A stretch of DNA of 64,000 nt from NCBI RefSeq assembly GCF_024700885.2, contig NZ_CP117016.1; one strand, given 5' to 3'. The translations under genes and the position numbers were made by a program. Shown in pieces: positions 31,283 through 42,700 of this stretch. Under the pieces are notes generated by a model. That model saw nothing but the letters and a program-made list of their open reading frames with translations, was not told the DNA's origin and ran no database searches. Within the stretch, counting starts at the first letter, position 1. The number at the start of each line of letters is the position of its first letter. The DNA comes from Escherichia coli (GTDB taxonomy: Bacteria; Pseudomonadota; Gammaproteobacteria; Enterobacterales; Enterobacteriaceae).

Positions 31283-31651
31283 GTGTCAGACACACTTTCC
31301 GGGACAACGCATCCCGATGACAATGACGACCATCCCTGGTGGGGACTACCCTGCACAGTGACGCCCTGTTTCGGCGCCCGTCTGGTGCAGGAGGGTAACC
31401 GGTTGCATTACCTTGCCGACCGTGCCGGTATCAGAGGCCGGTTCAGAGATGCGGATGCGTACCCTCTGGACCAGGCCTTTCCGCTGCTGATGAAACAACT
31501 GAAATTAATGCTCACCAGTGGTGAACTGAATCCCCGCCATCAGCATACCGTGACACTGTATGCGAAGGGGCTGACCTGTGAAGCCGACACCCTCGGCTCC
31601 TGTGGTTACGTTTATCTGGCTGTTTATCCGACACCTGAAACGAAAAAGTAA
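31283..31651 (+). CDS. cbeA: CbeA/YeeU-family antitoxin (122 aa), GTG start
   Basis: [50 protein letters not shown]...; GAGGA RBS before GTG. Confidence 0.75.
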   Translation: MSDTLSGTTHPDDNDDHPWWGLPCTVTPCFGARLVQEGNRLHYLADRAGIRGRFRDADAYPLDQAFPLLMKQLKLMLTSGELNPRHQHTVTLYAKGLTCEADTLGSCGYVYLAVYPTPETKK

Positions 31652-31740
31652 ACCACCAGAATAACCTTCTGCTCCGGCCTGGTGTTTTCACCACGCCACT
31701 GTCCCATTTTTTATCTCTGCATATCAGGAAAATCTTCAGT

Positions 31741-32115
31741 ATGAAAACATTACCCGACACGCATGTACGGGAGGTATCGTGCTGCCCGTCTCCCGTCACC
31801 ATCTGGCAGACACTGCTCACCCGGTTACTGGACCAGCATTACAGCCTTACGCTGAATGACACACCGTTCGTGGATGAACGCGTGATTGAGCAGCATATTG
31901 AGGCAGGCATTTCACTGTGTGATGCAGTGAACTTTCTCGTGGAAAAATACGCACTGGTACGAACTGACCAGCCGGGATTCAGCGCAGGAGCCTCGTCGCA
32001 GTTAATCAACAGCATTGATATTCTCCGGGCTCGCCGGGCAACAGGCCTGATGACCCGCCACAACTACAGAACGGTGAACAATATCACCCTGGGTAAGTAT
32101 CCGGAGGCGAAATGA
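31741..32115 (+). CDS. cbtA: CbtA/YeeV-family toxin (124 aa)
   Basis: [43 protein letters not shown]...; follows the antitoxin. Confidence 0.75.
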   Translation: MKTLPDTHVREVSCCPSPVTIWQTLLTRLLDQHYSLTLNDTPFVDERVIEQHIEAGISLCDAVNFLVEKYALVRTDQPGFSAGASSQLINSIDILRARRATGLMTRHNYRTVNNITLGKYPEAK

Positions 32116-32603
32116 TGAAACTGGCCCTGACACTGGAAGCCGACAGTGTTAACGTACAGGCACTGAATATGGGGCGAATTGTCGTTGACATTGATGGTGT
32201 TAATCTCGCTGAACTGATTAACATGGTCTGCGATAACGGCTACTCCCTTCGTGTTGTTGATGAATCTGACCGGACCTCAGCAGACTGCACGCCACCATTT
32301 GTTGCCCTTACCGGCATACGCTGCAGTACCGCACATATCACGGAAACGGACAACGCCTGGCTGTACTCGCTGTCACACCAGACCAGTGACTTCGGTGAAT
32401 CAGAATGGATTCATTTTACCGGTACCGGTTATCTGTTACGTACCGATGCGTGGTCATACCCGGTTCTGCGGCTTAAGCGCCTGGGGCTGTCAAAAACGTT
32501 CCGTCGTCTGGTCGTCACACTCATCCGGCGTTATGGTGTCAGTCTCATTCATCTGGATGCCAGTGCCGGATATCTGCCGGGTTTACCCACTTTCGACTGG
32601 TAA
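32112..32603 (+). CDS. YeeW-like hypothetical protein (163 aa)
   Basis: Start overlaps cbtA stop (ATGA); position as yeeW in CP4-type elements. Confidence 0.5.
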   Translation: MMKLALTLEADSVNVQALNMGRIVVDIDGVNLAELINMVCDNGYSLRVVDESDRTSADCTPPFVALTGIRCSTAHITETDNAWLYSLSHQTSDFGESEWIHFTGTGYLLRTDAWSYPVLRLKRLGLSKTFRRLVVTLIRRYGVSLIHLDASAGYLPGLPTFDW

Positions 32604-32619
32604 TCCGGAAATTCACAAC

Positions 32620-32796
32620 ATGAAATCATTAACCACGGAAACAGCGCTGGATATTCTGATTACGTGGCTGCAGGACAATATCGACTGCGAATCGGGAATT
32701 ATCTTCGACAACGATGAGGATAAAACAGGTTCGGCAGCACTGTTGCGCTGTATCGAACAGGCCAGGGAGGGTATCCGTACCCTGCGCCAACAGTAA
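32620..32796 (+). CDS. Small hypothetical protein (58 aa)
   Basis: MKSLTTETALDILITWLQDNIDCESGIIFDNDEDKTGSAALLRCIEQAREGIRTLRQQ. Confidence 0.4.
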   Translation: MKSLTTETALDILITWLQDNIDCESGIIFDNDEDKTGSAALLRCIEQAREGIRTLRQQ

Positions 32797-33706
32797 CTTT
32801 TGCACCAGAACCAGTGAAGATCACTCACCCGATTTCACTTCCCTGACGTCAGCCTGAACACGGCTGGCGTTTTCATTTATAAACAGAAAGGAAAAATGAT
32901 GATGTCAGATACCACACTCTCCCGCCCGGAGGTGGTCAGCGGGCATACGGACGTTATCTATTCCACCTCAGTCTGCCACATTCTGGCTGTACGAAAGAGT
33001 ACACTGTTGCCAATCGACACAATTATCCGGCATCAAGTAAGCGATATCAGTTAACCGATATAGATGGGGAAGATGCTTTTATCCGGATTGGTTCTATCGC
33101 GATGGTGCGAGTACCACTTGATGCAATGGAGCCTGTCGAGGAAGATGACGAGTAACAGAGCTCGGTATCTCAATCAGGACCTGATTGTCCTGGTTCGATG
33201 CCGAAAACCAGTGATTTTTCGTGTTGGTATCTGTGTTGGTATAGGATGGTGTTGTTTATTATTAACAATTTTAAATCATGAGGTTAAATCGCATGTTTGA
33301 GTCCGGCCTTCGCACCACATCGTATGCAAATCGAGTCGCTCAAGGGCGGCTTTTTTTGTGCCTGTGTTTTCACTACTTTGTTTGTATGTAACGCTGATAA
33401 TCTAAGAACTTCGGAAGCCCCATTCCCATCAATGATGTTCATTCATCATCCTGAAAATTAAGTAGATATAAAACTTCATTGCCTTGGTCTAATGGCTCAG
33501 GAAATAGATTGCATTTAGCGAGTGGCATTCTTAATGTGCCATTGTTTAGCCATGAAACGATGCGTAAAATTGCTGATTTTATGTGTCAAAGGCCCGCAAC
33601 CGGAGATGTCCTTACTTCAAGGATCAACCACTATTGGCGTATCCTTTTACTATCTTGATTCAATTCAGCAGGTTATCGTCAAAAGTACAGCGAAGAGAGA
33701 GAAAAG

Positions 33707-36598
33707 ATGATTGGTACAACACCTTATCATGCGAAATATTTTGCGCATGAACTTTCCATTCTCCATTCAAACAATGGGGTGGACCGTCTGTCTCAATCGC
33801 TGTTTGATGCAAGCGTAGATCTAAATCCTCATCAAATTGAGGCGGCTCTTTTTGCTATTGAAAATCCGCTAAGCAAAGGTGTTGTGCTTGCCGATGAAGT
33901 TGGTTTAGGTAAAACCATTGAAGCGGGGTTAGTGCTTTGCCAGTTGTGGGCTGAAAGAAAACGTAAACTGTTGATCATTTGTCCTGCTTCACTGCGTCGC
34001 CAATGGGCGAGCGAGTTACAGGAAAAGTTCAATCTACCTTCTCAGGTGTTGGACGCGAAAACGTATAGCCAGCTTCAAAAAGAAGGGATCCATAATCCCT
34101 TAAATAATAAATCGATCACTATCATGTCATACCACTATGCTGCTCGGTTAGAAGAAAAATTGGTGGCTGAAATGTGGGATCTGGTTGTTATCGACGAAGC
34201 CCATAAACTGCGTAATGCTCATCGAGAAAGTAACAAAATGGGGCAAGCGTTAAAGCGTGCGCTTGATGGGCGGAAAAAATTACTACTGACCGCAACGCCT
34301 TTACAGAATTCGTTAATGGAACTGTATGGCATGTCGACGCTTATAGATGAACATACCTTCGGCGAAGTTAAAGCGTTCAGAAAGCAATATATGCAGGCAG
34401 ATAGCGATATTGCGGAGTTGAAGGGGCGATTGTCGCGTTTTATCAAACGAACTTTACGCAAGAATGTGCTGGAGTACATCAAGTATACAGAACGTAAAGC
34501 GATCACTATTCCTTTCTATCCGAGCGAACAGGAGCAGGATCTTTATGAACGCGTACAAAAATTGCTTGAACGTGAGGATAGCTATGCCTTACCAAAACGA
34601 CACCGGCATCTGACGGGGCTTATTCTCAGAAAGCTACTTTCCTCAAGTACGAAAGCTGTATTGAATAACTTGCAGATCCTTAAGAGTCGTTTAGAAAGGT
34701 TAAAGCTGGAAGGTATCGTTGAAGATGATATGAACATCATCCAACAGATCATAATGGATGACGATCTTGAAGATGACATCGTGGAAGATGCCGAATCAGT
34801 GGCTTTAGATACCGAGTGCAAAGTTGTCGATTCAGACGCGCTTCAGGCAGAAATCAATGAGCTGGAATCACTCATTGTCAAAGCAGAACAGATTGGCACT
34901 GATACCAAATCAAAAGAGTTGCTTTCTGGCCTGGAGCAAGGTTTTGCACAGCTTGCCGAAATGGGGGCTGCAAAAAAAGTCATCATCTTCACGGAGTCAA
35001 TGCGAACTCAACAGTATCTTGCACATTTTCTGGAAAACAATGGCTACCAGGGGAAAGTAGTAACCTTTAGTGGCACAAACAATACACCGCAGGCAAACAA
35101 GATCTACCAGCAATGGCGCGAGGAATATCAGGGATCTTCTCGTATTACCGGGTCGGCGCAAATTGATAAACGCTCGGCTTTGATCGACCACTTCAAAGAT
35201 CATGCTGAAATCATGATAGCTACAGAAGCTGCAGCTGAAGGGGTGAACCTGCAATTTTGTTCGCTACTGATCAATTACGATTTACCCTGGAACCCACAAC
35301 GCATTGAACAGCGTATTGGACGTTGTCACCGATACGGGCAAAAATTTGATGTGGTTGTTATTAACTTCCTCAATCAGCGAAACCAGGCCGATCAACGCGT
35401 TCTTGAACTCTTAACTGAAAAGTTCAGCCTGTTTGATGGCGTGTTTGGCGCATCGGATAGTGTGCTTGGCAGCATAGAAAATGGTGTGGATTTTGAAAAA
35501 AGGATCCAGTCAATTTATGAGTCATGCCGTACCCCCGAGGAGATAGAGCTGGCTTTTGAAAGGTTGCAGAAAGAGCTGGAAGATGAAATCAATCTCAAGA
35601 TGCAGAAGACGCAAGAACAGTTGCTTGAGCATTTTGATGAAGATATTCACGATATCCTTAAAATAAGGCTTGATGAAGCTCGGGAGCGTCTGGATAAAGT
35701 CGGTCGTTGGTTTTGGGCCGTGACCTGTCAGCAGCTCAAACAATATGCTGATTTTGATCATGAGCATCATCGTTTCACTTTACGTGAATCAGTAAATGAA
35801 CTGCCTGTCGGGCAGTACCAGCTGTTGCGCAAAGATGGTAGGCAAAATAGTGCGTTACAAATGCAGGATCACCACAGTTTTGCATATCGGATCAATCATC
35901 CGCTGGGTGAGTACGTCATTGAGGGGGCTAAGGTCCAGGAGACGAAAACAGCTGAAGTCATCTTCGATTACAGTAACCACACAACGAAAGTCTCGGTGGC
36001 TGAGCAGCTGAAAGGGCAATCAGGGTGGTTAACACTAAATTTGCTTACTGTTGATGCGTTTAACAGGCAGCAATTTTTAGTCTTTACCGCAAAAACTGAC
36101 AACGGACGTGTGGTAGATGGTGAAGCTTGTAAACGTCTGTTCAACTTGTCTGCAATAACCAACGAAAAGCTGGATAATTCGGCAAGTTCAGATGCATTAC
36201 CTGATGACTTGATCTTACTCAAGAACAGGCAAATTGACGCCAGACTTGCGGAAGTTCTGGAGCAGAACAATGTCCTTTTTGAAGCTGAAAGAGATAAGCT
36301 GGAAAAATGGGCTGAAGATATGATCTTTGCGGCGGAAGAAGCATTACGCGATACCAAAATGCAAATCAAGTCGTTAAAGCGAGAAGCCAGACTGGCGCAA
36401 TCGATGGAAGAACAAAAGCAAAACCAGGAAAAGCTGAAGCTACTGGAACGGCAGCAGAAACGCCAACGTATGGAAATTTTTGACATTGAAGATGAGATCG
36501 CTGACAAGCGGGATGAACTCATCAGTGCCCTTGAAGAGCGGATGAAGCAAAAAACGGATATCACCGAGCTTTTTTCCATCCGCTGGAAAGTTATTTAA
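33707..36598 (+). CDS. SNF2-family DEAH-box ATPase/helicase (963 aa) with C-terminal coiled-coil tail
   Basis: Walker A DEVGLGKT (33893-33916), motif II VVIDEAHKLRN (DEAH 34193-34204), motif III LLLTATPLQNS, helicase-C NLQFCSLLINYDLPWNPQRIEQRIGRCHRYGQ; AGAGAGA RBS. Confidence 0.85.
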   Translation: MIGTTPYHAKYFAHELSILHSNNGVDRLSQSLFDASVDLNPHQIEAALFAIENPLSKGVVLADEVGLGKTIEAGLVLCQLWAERKRKLLIICPASLRRQWASELQEKFNLPSQVLDAKTYSQLQKEGIHNPLNNKSITIMSYHYAARLEEKLVAEMWDLVVIDEAHKLRNAHRESNKMGQALKRALDGRKKLLLTATPLQNSLMELYGMSTLIDEHTFGEVKAFRKQYMQADSDIAELKGRLSRFIKRTLRKNVLEYIKYTERKAITIPFYPSEQEQDLYERVQKLLEREDSYALPKRHRHLTGLILRKLLSSSTKAVLNNLQILKSRLERLKLEGIVEDDMNIIQQIIMDDDLEDDIVEDAESVALDTECKVVDSDALQAEINELESLIVKAEQIGTDTKSKELLSGLEQGFAQLAEMGAAKKVIIFTESMRTQQYLAHFLENNGYQGKVVTFSGTNNTPQANKIYQQWREEYQGSSRITGSAQIDKRSALIDHFKDHAEIMIATEAAAEGVNLQFCSLLINYDLPWNPQRIEQRIGRCHRYGQKFDVVVINFLNQRNQADQRVLELLTEKFSLFDGVFGASDSVLGSIENGVDFEKRIQSIYESCRTPEEIELAFERLQKELEDEINLKMQKTQEQLLEHFDEDIHDILKIRLDEARERLDKVGRWFWAVTCQQLKQYADFDHEHHRFTLRESVNELPVGQYQLLRKDGRQNSALQMQDHHSFAYRINHPLGEYVIEGAKVQETKTAEVIFDYSNHTTKVSVAEQLKGQSGWLTLNLLTVDAFNRQQFLVFTAKTDNGRVVDGEACKRLFNLSAITNEKLDNSASSDALPDDLILLKNRQIDARLAEVLEQNNVLFEAERDKLEKWAEDMIFAAEEALRDTKMQIKSLKREARLAQSMEEQKQNQEKLKLLERQQKRQRMEIFDIEDEIADKRDELISALEERMKQKTDITELFSIRWKVI

Positions 36599-36603
36599 TT
36601 GAT

Positions 36604-39600
36604 TTGAAAGAGAAAATAATGAGTAAGTACAACGAATTAGTTAAGAAGCTAAAAGAAATTTTTCAGATTGATCGACCAGAACTGGATTTCGGTATTTATC
36701 GTATTTTAAATGCACGTGCTGATGAAATTAACGACTATCTGGATAATAAGCTGAAGGCCAAAATCCAGTCTGCGCTGGCGGATGCAGGAAATGCCAATAA
36801 ATCAGAATTAGAACATCAGTTGCAACTGACAATAAAAGCGGCAACTGATGCGGGTGTGGACCCTGCTGATAGCCCGAAAGTACAGGAGCTTAAAAAGCAA
36901 CTGGCGGCTATGGCATCCGGAGCAAATGAGCATGAAAATGCAGTATTTTCCCATCTGCTGACTTTCTTTTCGCGTTATTATGACAACGGCGATTTTATCA
37001 GCAAACGCCGTTATAAAGGTAATACCTACGCCATCCCTTATTCTGGCGAAGAAGTGATGTTGCACTGGGCAAATAAGGACCAGTACTACATTAAAAGCGG
37101 TGAAAACTTTGCTAATTATTCATTTAAATTAGATGATGGTCGTAAAGTTAGCTTTAAATTGCTCGCAGCGGACACAGCAAAAGATAACCGTAAAGATAAT
37201 GAATTAGATCGCTGCTTTGTACTTATTGAGCCGCATGTTCGTACCAAAATTGATGAAGAAGGCGATGAGTACGAACAAGAATATAAGCCAGTAGAAGTGG
37301 TGAAAACTTCATCTGTGGTTGACGGTAAACTCGTTGAAACAGAAGAGTTAGTTATTCACTTCGAATATAAGGCCATGAAAAAGGGCACTAAGCAGGATGC
37401 TTTAGTGCAGTCCGCTATTTCAACAATTCTGGCTGATAAAACAGTTCAACAGCATTGGGTTGATCTTGCTAAACGTGCGCCAACAGAAAAAAATCCGTCA
37501 CGTACAGAGTTGGAGCGTCATCTTACAACTTATACCCAGCGTAATACAGCAGACTACTTTATTCATAAAGATCTCGGTGGTTTTTTAACTAACGAACTGG
37601 ATTTTTATATTAAAAATGAAGTAATGAATCTCGATAATGTGCAAAATGCAGAAGTGTTTGCCAATATTGAGAAACAATTGCGCATGATTCAATGTTTGCG
37701 TACTGTTGCGCTGGAACTCATTGCATTTTTGGCACAAATTGAGAATTTCCAGAAGAAACTTTGGACTAAGAAGAAGTTTGTTGTTTCAAGTAATTACTAT
37801 ATTACTATGGACAAAATAAGTTCAGAGTTTTACAGTGAAATAATTAATAATGAAAAAATAGTCCAAGAATGGATTGAATTAGGCATCTTAGATGAGAAGC
37901 CATCTACCTCTGATGTGGAGTTGCTCAAGTTTGCAACAGTTAATTTATCTCATTTAAACGGAGATCTAAGGAAAAAAATATTAAATAGTATCAATGATAT
38001 TGACGATAATGTTGATGGCGTTTTTATTAATGGTGATAATTATCAAGCGTTAAATCTTTTGAAGAAAAAATATAATTCCGTAATTGATTGTGTCCATATA
38101 GATCCACCATATAACACAGATACTAGTGGTTTTTTATATAAAAATAGCTTTAAGCATTCAAGTTGGCTGAGTATGATGGATAGCCGTTTGCTTTTTGTTA
38201 AAAATTTACTCAGTGAAAATGGTGTATTTTTTTGTCATATTGATGAAAATGAATATGAGCGACTTTATTTAATTAATAAACAGTTAGGTCTTATCGATGC
38301 AGGGACAATTATTTGGGATAAACGCAATCCCATGAATGGTGGTAGTGGCATTGCGATTCAACATGAATATACTACTTGTTTTACAAAGAACATGATTTCT
38401 ATTAATAAGAAAAATGAGAATGTATTAGAAATACTCGAATATGCAAAATTAATTAAGAATAAATATCCTGTAATTAACAGTGAAGCAAAGAAAAAATTTT
38501 ATGATTGGGTAACAAAGAATAAAAAACTTACTGGAGGTGAACAAGCTTACAAATATATCGATGAGAAAGGTCGAGTGTACCAGAGTGTCAGCCTCCGTGC
38601 CCCAGAGCCAAGGACTGACAAGAAATTCTATATACCATTAATTCATCCAGTTACCGGGAAACCATGCGCTATGCCACCAAATGGTTTTTCTCGTACCCCA
38701 GAAACATTAAAAGATATGATGGATAAGGGGGATATACTATTTGGTGTTGATGAAACAACGCAACCTAGACAGAAAGCATATTTATATGCTGACGCTAAAA
38801 AGCAAATAACATCAATAATTCAGGATGCTAAAAAAGGAAAAACTCAAACAACTCATCTTGGAATTGATTTTCCTTATTGTCACTCAACTTCTTTATATAA
38901 TTATTTAATTGGGAGTGCATCTCATAATAAAAATGAGATAATATTAGATTTTTTTGCTGGTTCAGGAACAAGTGGCCACTCAGTCATAGAGTTGAATCGT
39001 AAGGATGCGGGTTCAAGGAAATATATACTTGTTGAACAGGGGGAGTATGCACAAAATGTAACTTTAAGCAGGTTGAGAAAAGTTATATTCAGTAGCAATT
39101 GGAAAGATGGTAAAGCTATGGATTCAACGACAGGCTCATCTCATATACTTAAAGTTATGAAAATAGAAAGTTACGAAGATGTATTAAATAGCCTTCGATT
39201 TGAACAACAAAAAGAAATAAAAGATCTTTTTGATACAGTGAATGAATCAGTAGCAAATGAGTATTTAATAAAATATATGCTTGAAACAGAAAGCAAAGGT
39301 TCACTACTCAGTACTGATAATTTCAAAAAACCATTTAACTACGAAATGGATATTGCGACGGATTCCGCCGGTGCCACTGAGCGTAAAAACATCGATTTAG
39401 TTGAAACTTTCAACTATCTCATTGGTTTACATGTGAAATCCATCGAATCCAATATCGAACGTGGCTATGTGCGTGTTGAAGGAATGCTACCAACAGGCGA
39501 GCGTACCCTTATTCTGTGGCGCGATTGCGACAAGATCGGTTATGAAGAATTGAATAAATATGCCAACCGATTCGATTTATATGCAAAAGAAAACACGTTC

Positions 39601-39741
39601 GACGTTATCTATATCAATGGCGATCATAACTTACCTACCGCCTTTACTGTTGATGAAGAAGACGGCGAGATTGTTCGTAGCCTGAAAATCCGCCAGATCG
39701 AACCTGAATTCTTGAACCTGATGTTTGCGGAGGAGGTTTAA
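36604..39741 (+). CDS. Large beta-class DNA methyltransferase (N6-adenine/N4-cytosine type; 1045 aa) with about 490-aa N-terminal extension
   Basis: Motif IV HIDPPYNTD (38101-38112) precedes motif I ILDFFAGSGTSG (38951-38977), the order seen in Type III Mod; starts 6 bp after the SNF2 stop. Confidence 0.8.
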   Translation: MKEKIMSKYNELVKKLKEIFQIDRPELDFGIYRILNARADEINDYLDNKLKAKIQSALADAGNANKSELEHQLQLTIKAATDAGVDPADSPKVQELKKQLAAMASGANEHENAVFSHLLTFFSRYYDNGDFISKRRYKGNTYAIPYSGEEVMLHWANKDQYYIKSGENFANYSFKLDDGRKVSFKLLAADTAKDNRKDNELDRCFVLIEPHVRTKIDEEGDEYEQEYKPVEVVKTSSVVDGKLVETEELVIHFEYKAMKKGTKQDALVQSAISTILADKTVQQHWVDLAKRAPTEKNPSRTELERHLTTYTQRNTADYFIHKDLGGFLTNELDFYIKNEVMNLDNVQNAEVFANIEKQLRMIQCLRTVALELIAFLAQIENFQKKLWTKKKFVVSSNYYITMDKISSEFYSEIINNEKIVQEWIELGILDEKPSTSDVELLKFATVNLSHLNGDLRKKILNSINDIDDNVDGVFINGDNYQALNLLKKKYNSVIDCVHIDPPYNTDTSGFLYKNSFKHSSWLSMMDSRLLFVKNLLSENGVFFCHIDENEYERLYLINKQLGLIDAGTIIWDKRNPMNGGSGIAIQHEYTTCFTKNMISINKKNENVLEILEYAKLIKNKYPVINSEAKKKFYDWVTKNKKLTGGEQAYKYIDEKGRVYQSVSLRAPEPRTDKKFYIPLIHPVTGKPCAMPPNGFSRTPETLKDMMDKGDILFGVDETTQPRQKAYLYADAKKQITSIIQDAKKGKTQTTHLGIDFPYCHSTSLYNYLIGSASHNKNEIILDFFAGSGTSGHSVIELNRKDAGSRKYILVEQGEYAQNVTLSRLRKVIFSSNWKDGKAMDSTTGSSHILKVMKIESYEDVLNSLRFEQQKEIKDLFDTVNESVANEYLIKYMLETESKGSLLSTDNFKKPFNYEMDIATDSAGATERKNIDLVETFNYLIGLHVKSIESNIERGYVRVEGMLPTGERTLILWRDCDKIGYEELNKYANRFDLYAKENTFDVIYINGDHNLPTAFTVDEEDGEIVRSLKIRQIEPEFLNLMFAEEV

Positions 39742-39743
39742 GA

Positions 39744-42700
39744 ATGGCTAAAAAACCGACCACCGGTAAAGCTGTTAAAAAAGAGACAAACAGCAAACTG
39801 AGCTTTCATAAGCAACTGGTTTTGAACCGCTTTATGTTCCATTTTTTTAAAGATGGCACATTGCAAGGTTTAAAAAATCGGTTAGGTGAAGATCGCTTTG
39901 AAGGCATCCATGAAGATGGCCAAAGCTTGTTCTTCCATGAGCTGAGTAACTATTTATTCGAGGTCGATCTTATCGATCTCGATGAACTGCGTCGTTACGA
40001 TCTCAATATCGTACAGCACTGGCAGCAGATAACTGAGCACCGTAATCGCAAAGAAGACACCGTGCTGAATATGAAATATTTTCAGTACTTGTCGCTTCTG
40101 TTTACCGAGATCTACCTGGACTGGTACTTCAATCGTAAACAGCAATTACTCGATGGGCTAAATAACGAGCTGGCAGCATACAATGCTGAAAATGATAAAA
40201 CAGCAAAAGACCGGGCTAATCAGTTCAAATCATACATTCTAGATGACTTGAATAAACTTGCATACTGGAACGCTACCGGTTCGGGTAAAACACTGCTATT
40301 GCATGTCAATATTTTGCAATATTTACATTATTTCCAGAACGGTAATACCCACCATTACCCGGATAAAATCATCCTGCTTACGCCGGATGAACGCCTGTCG
40401 AAGCAACATTTAGATGAGCTGGAAAACTCAGGATTTACCCAATACCAGTTATTCGATAAGAGTAAATCTGCGCCCTTCAAAGGCACGATTGAAGTTATTG
40501 ATATCAATAAACTTGCCGATGAAATGGGTGACAAAACTGTTGCCGTTGAGGCATTTGAAGGCAACAATCTGGTTCTGATTGATGAAGGGCATAAAGGCAC
40601 CGGAAGTGCTGCTGGTGCCTGGATGCGCCGTCGTGACAAATTAACACGTGACGGATTTGCGTTTGAATATTCAGCAACTTTTGGCCAGGCAGTAGCCGGT
40701 GGCAATAATGTTGAGGCAGTTGAAACAGAAATTCAGAAGAAAAAAGCAAAGCTGCTTTTTGAAACAACGGCCTTAGGTAAACTGAACGAAGAAGAGTTAG
40801 CGCAAATAGCATTAACCAGCGAAGAAAAACGAGATGCGCGTATTCAGGCGACGCGAGAGGTCTATGGAAAATCGATTCTGTTCGATTACTCCTATAAATT
40901 CTTCTATGAGGATGGTTATGGTAAAGAATCACTGATTCTTAACCTTAATCCTGAAGAGGATAAAAAAGATGAGCGTCGGTATGAGTATTTTACCGCGTGT
41001 TTGCTCAGCTTTTATCAGCAACAATATTTATTCAATAAGAATAAAGAAAAATTAAGTGAATTTAATATCGAAAAACCGCTGTGGGTTTTTGTCGGTAATA
41101 CGGTAAGTGGTGAAGATTCAGACATTCACGCAGTATTGCGTTTTTTAGCATGGTTTTTAAACCACGAAACGCAGGCAAAAGCGTGGATTAACGATCTCAT
41201 TAAAAATAAAGCGCGAATCCTCGATACCAAAGAGCGTAACATTTTTGAAAATCGCTTTACTGCACTAATGAACGCTCCGGAAGATATCTACGCAGATATT
41301 CTTTCTCGCTTGTTTAACACCACTCACTCTGGTCAGCGACTGCGAGTTCTGAATTTAATAGGCAGTAAAGGTGAACTGGCATTACAGGTTGGTGAGGCCG
41401 AACCGTTTGGCCTTATCAATATTGGTGATGCACCGTCTCTTTACAAAATGTGTGAAGAGGATACGACATTTGATTATCAGAGAGATGATTTTGCAAAGTC
41501 ACTCTTTCATACGTTAAATGACAAAGACTCGCGACTACATATTTTGATCGGCTCGCGAAAATTTACTGAAGGCTGGAGCAGTTGGCGCGTCTCAACGATG
41601 GGATTGCTCAATATGGGCCGTGGAGAAGGTTCACAGATCATTCAGTTATTTGGTCGTGGCGTACGCCTTAAAGGTCGCAATTATTCTTTGAAACGCAGTA
41701 CACCCGGTGAGCGTCCGAAAGGGTTGCATCTGGAAAAATTAGAGACACTGAATGTATTCGGTGTACGTGCCGATTACATGGCAACCTTTAAACAATACCT
41801 GGAAGATGAAGGGATTACGCCAAGTGACGAGATCCTTGAGCTGAATTTTGAAACTCGGCCAAATATGCCAGCAACCAGGCTTAAAACACTTAAGCTTAAA
41901 GATGGTTATAAAGATAATCAAAGACTCGGCTTTAAACGTGTCTATTTTCCCGAATTGTATGAAGTTCCTGCTGATTTTCAGGGGAAAATTAAGCAGCCGC
42001 ATATTAAGCTGGACTTATACCCGAAACTTGAGTCGATTGATACCAGCAGAAAAGGGGACAATACTCCGGTTAACGTGCGCAATGAAGCGAAGTTAGATTA
42101 TAAAATCATTAGTGCATTTGATTTTGATCGGCTTTATCTCGCCATTCAGAATTATAAACTACAACGCGGCTGGTCAAATTTACGTGTGGATAAACAACGT
42201 TTGATCGACTTTTGTACCGGTAAGACAAAGATCGGAAATAGTTGGTATACCCTTTTGATTCCAGCTTCAGAGCTTGAGATTAAGCAATATGCAGATATTG
42301 CTAAGCAGGAAGATATTATGCTTCGTCTGCTGACTGATTATACTGATCGCTTTTACAACACCTTGAAAAATGCTTATGAAGGTCAGTTTTATGAAGTCAC
42401 GCAGGTGAAAGAAGATGATCCTGGTATGATCAAAATGTACCATTTCGAGATCGAAGAAACTGATGATGGGTTGGCTTATGCCAGTCGGCTGGAACAATTA
42501 CAACAATTGGTCATCGACGGCGAAATCGGTAAAGCAAAATCCTGGAGTGCATCCGGGATGGTTGCTATTACCTTTGATAAACATCTCTATTACCCGCTTC
42601 TTTCGATTGAAAAAAATGCCAATATACCGCTAAAAATGCGACCGGCAGCACTTGGTGCGCCAAGCGAGATTACTTTTGTTCAGGATCTTCAGTCTTTTGT

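Noticed and set aside
33064-33300. 78-aa ORF and apparent terminator-like T-run near 33340
   Set aside because: The ORF has no RBS or family support, and I could not find a convincing inverted repeat for a hairpin before the T-run.
35968-36579. 203-aa minus-strand ORF inside the SNF2 gene
   Set aside because: Serine/cysteine-rich low-complexity translation antisense to a strongly supported coding sequence.
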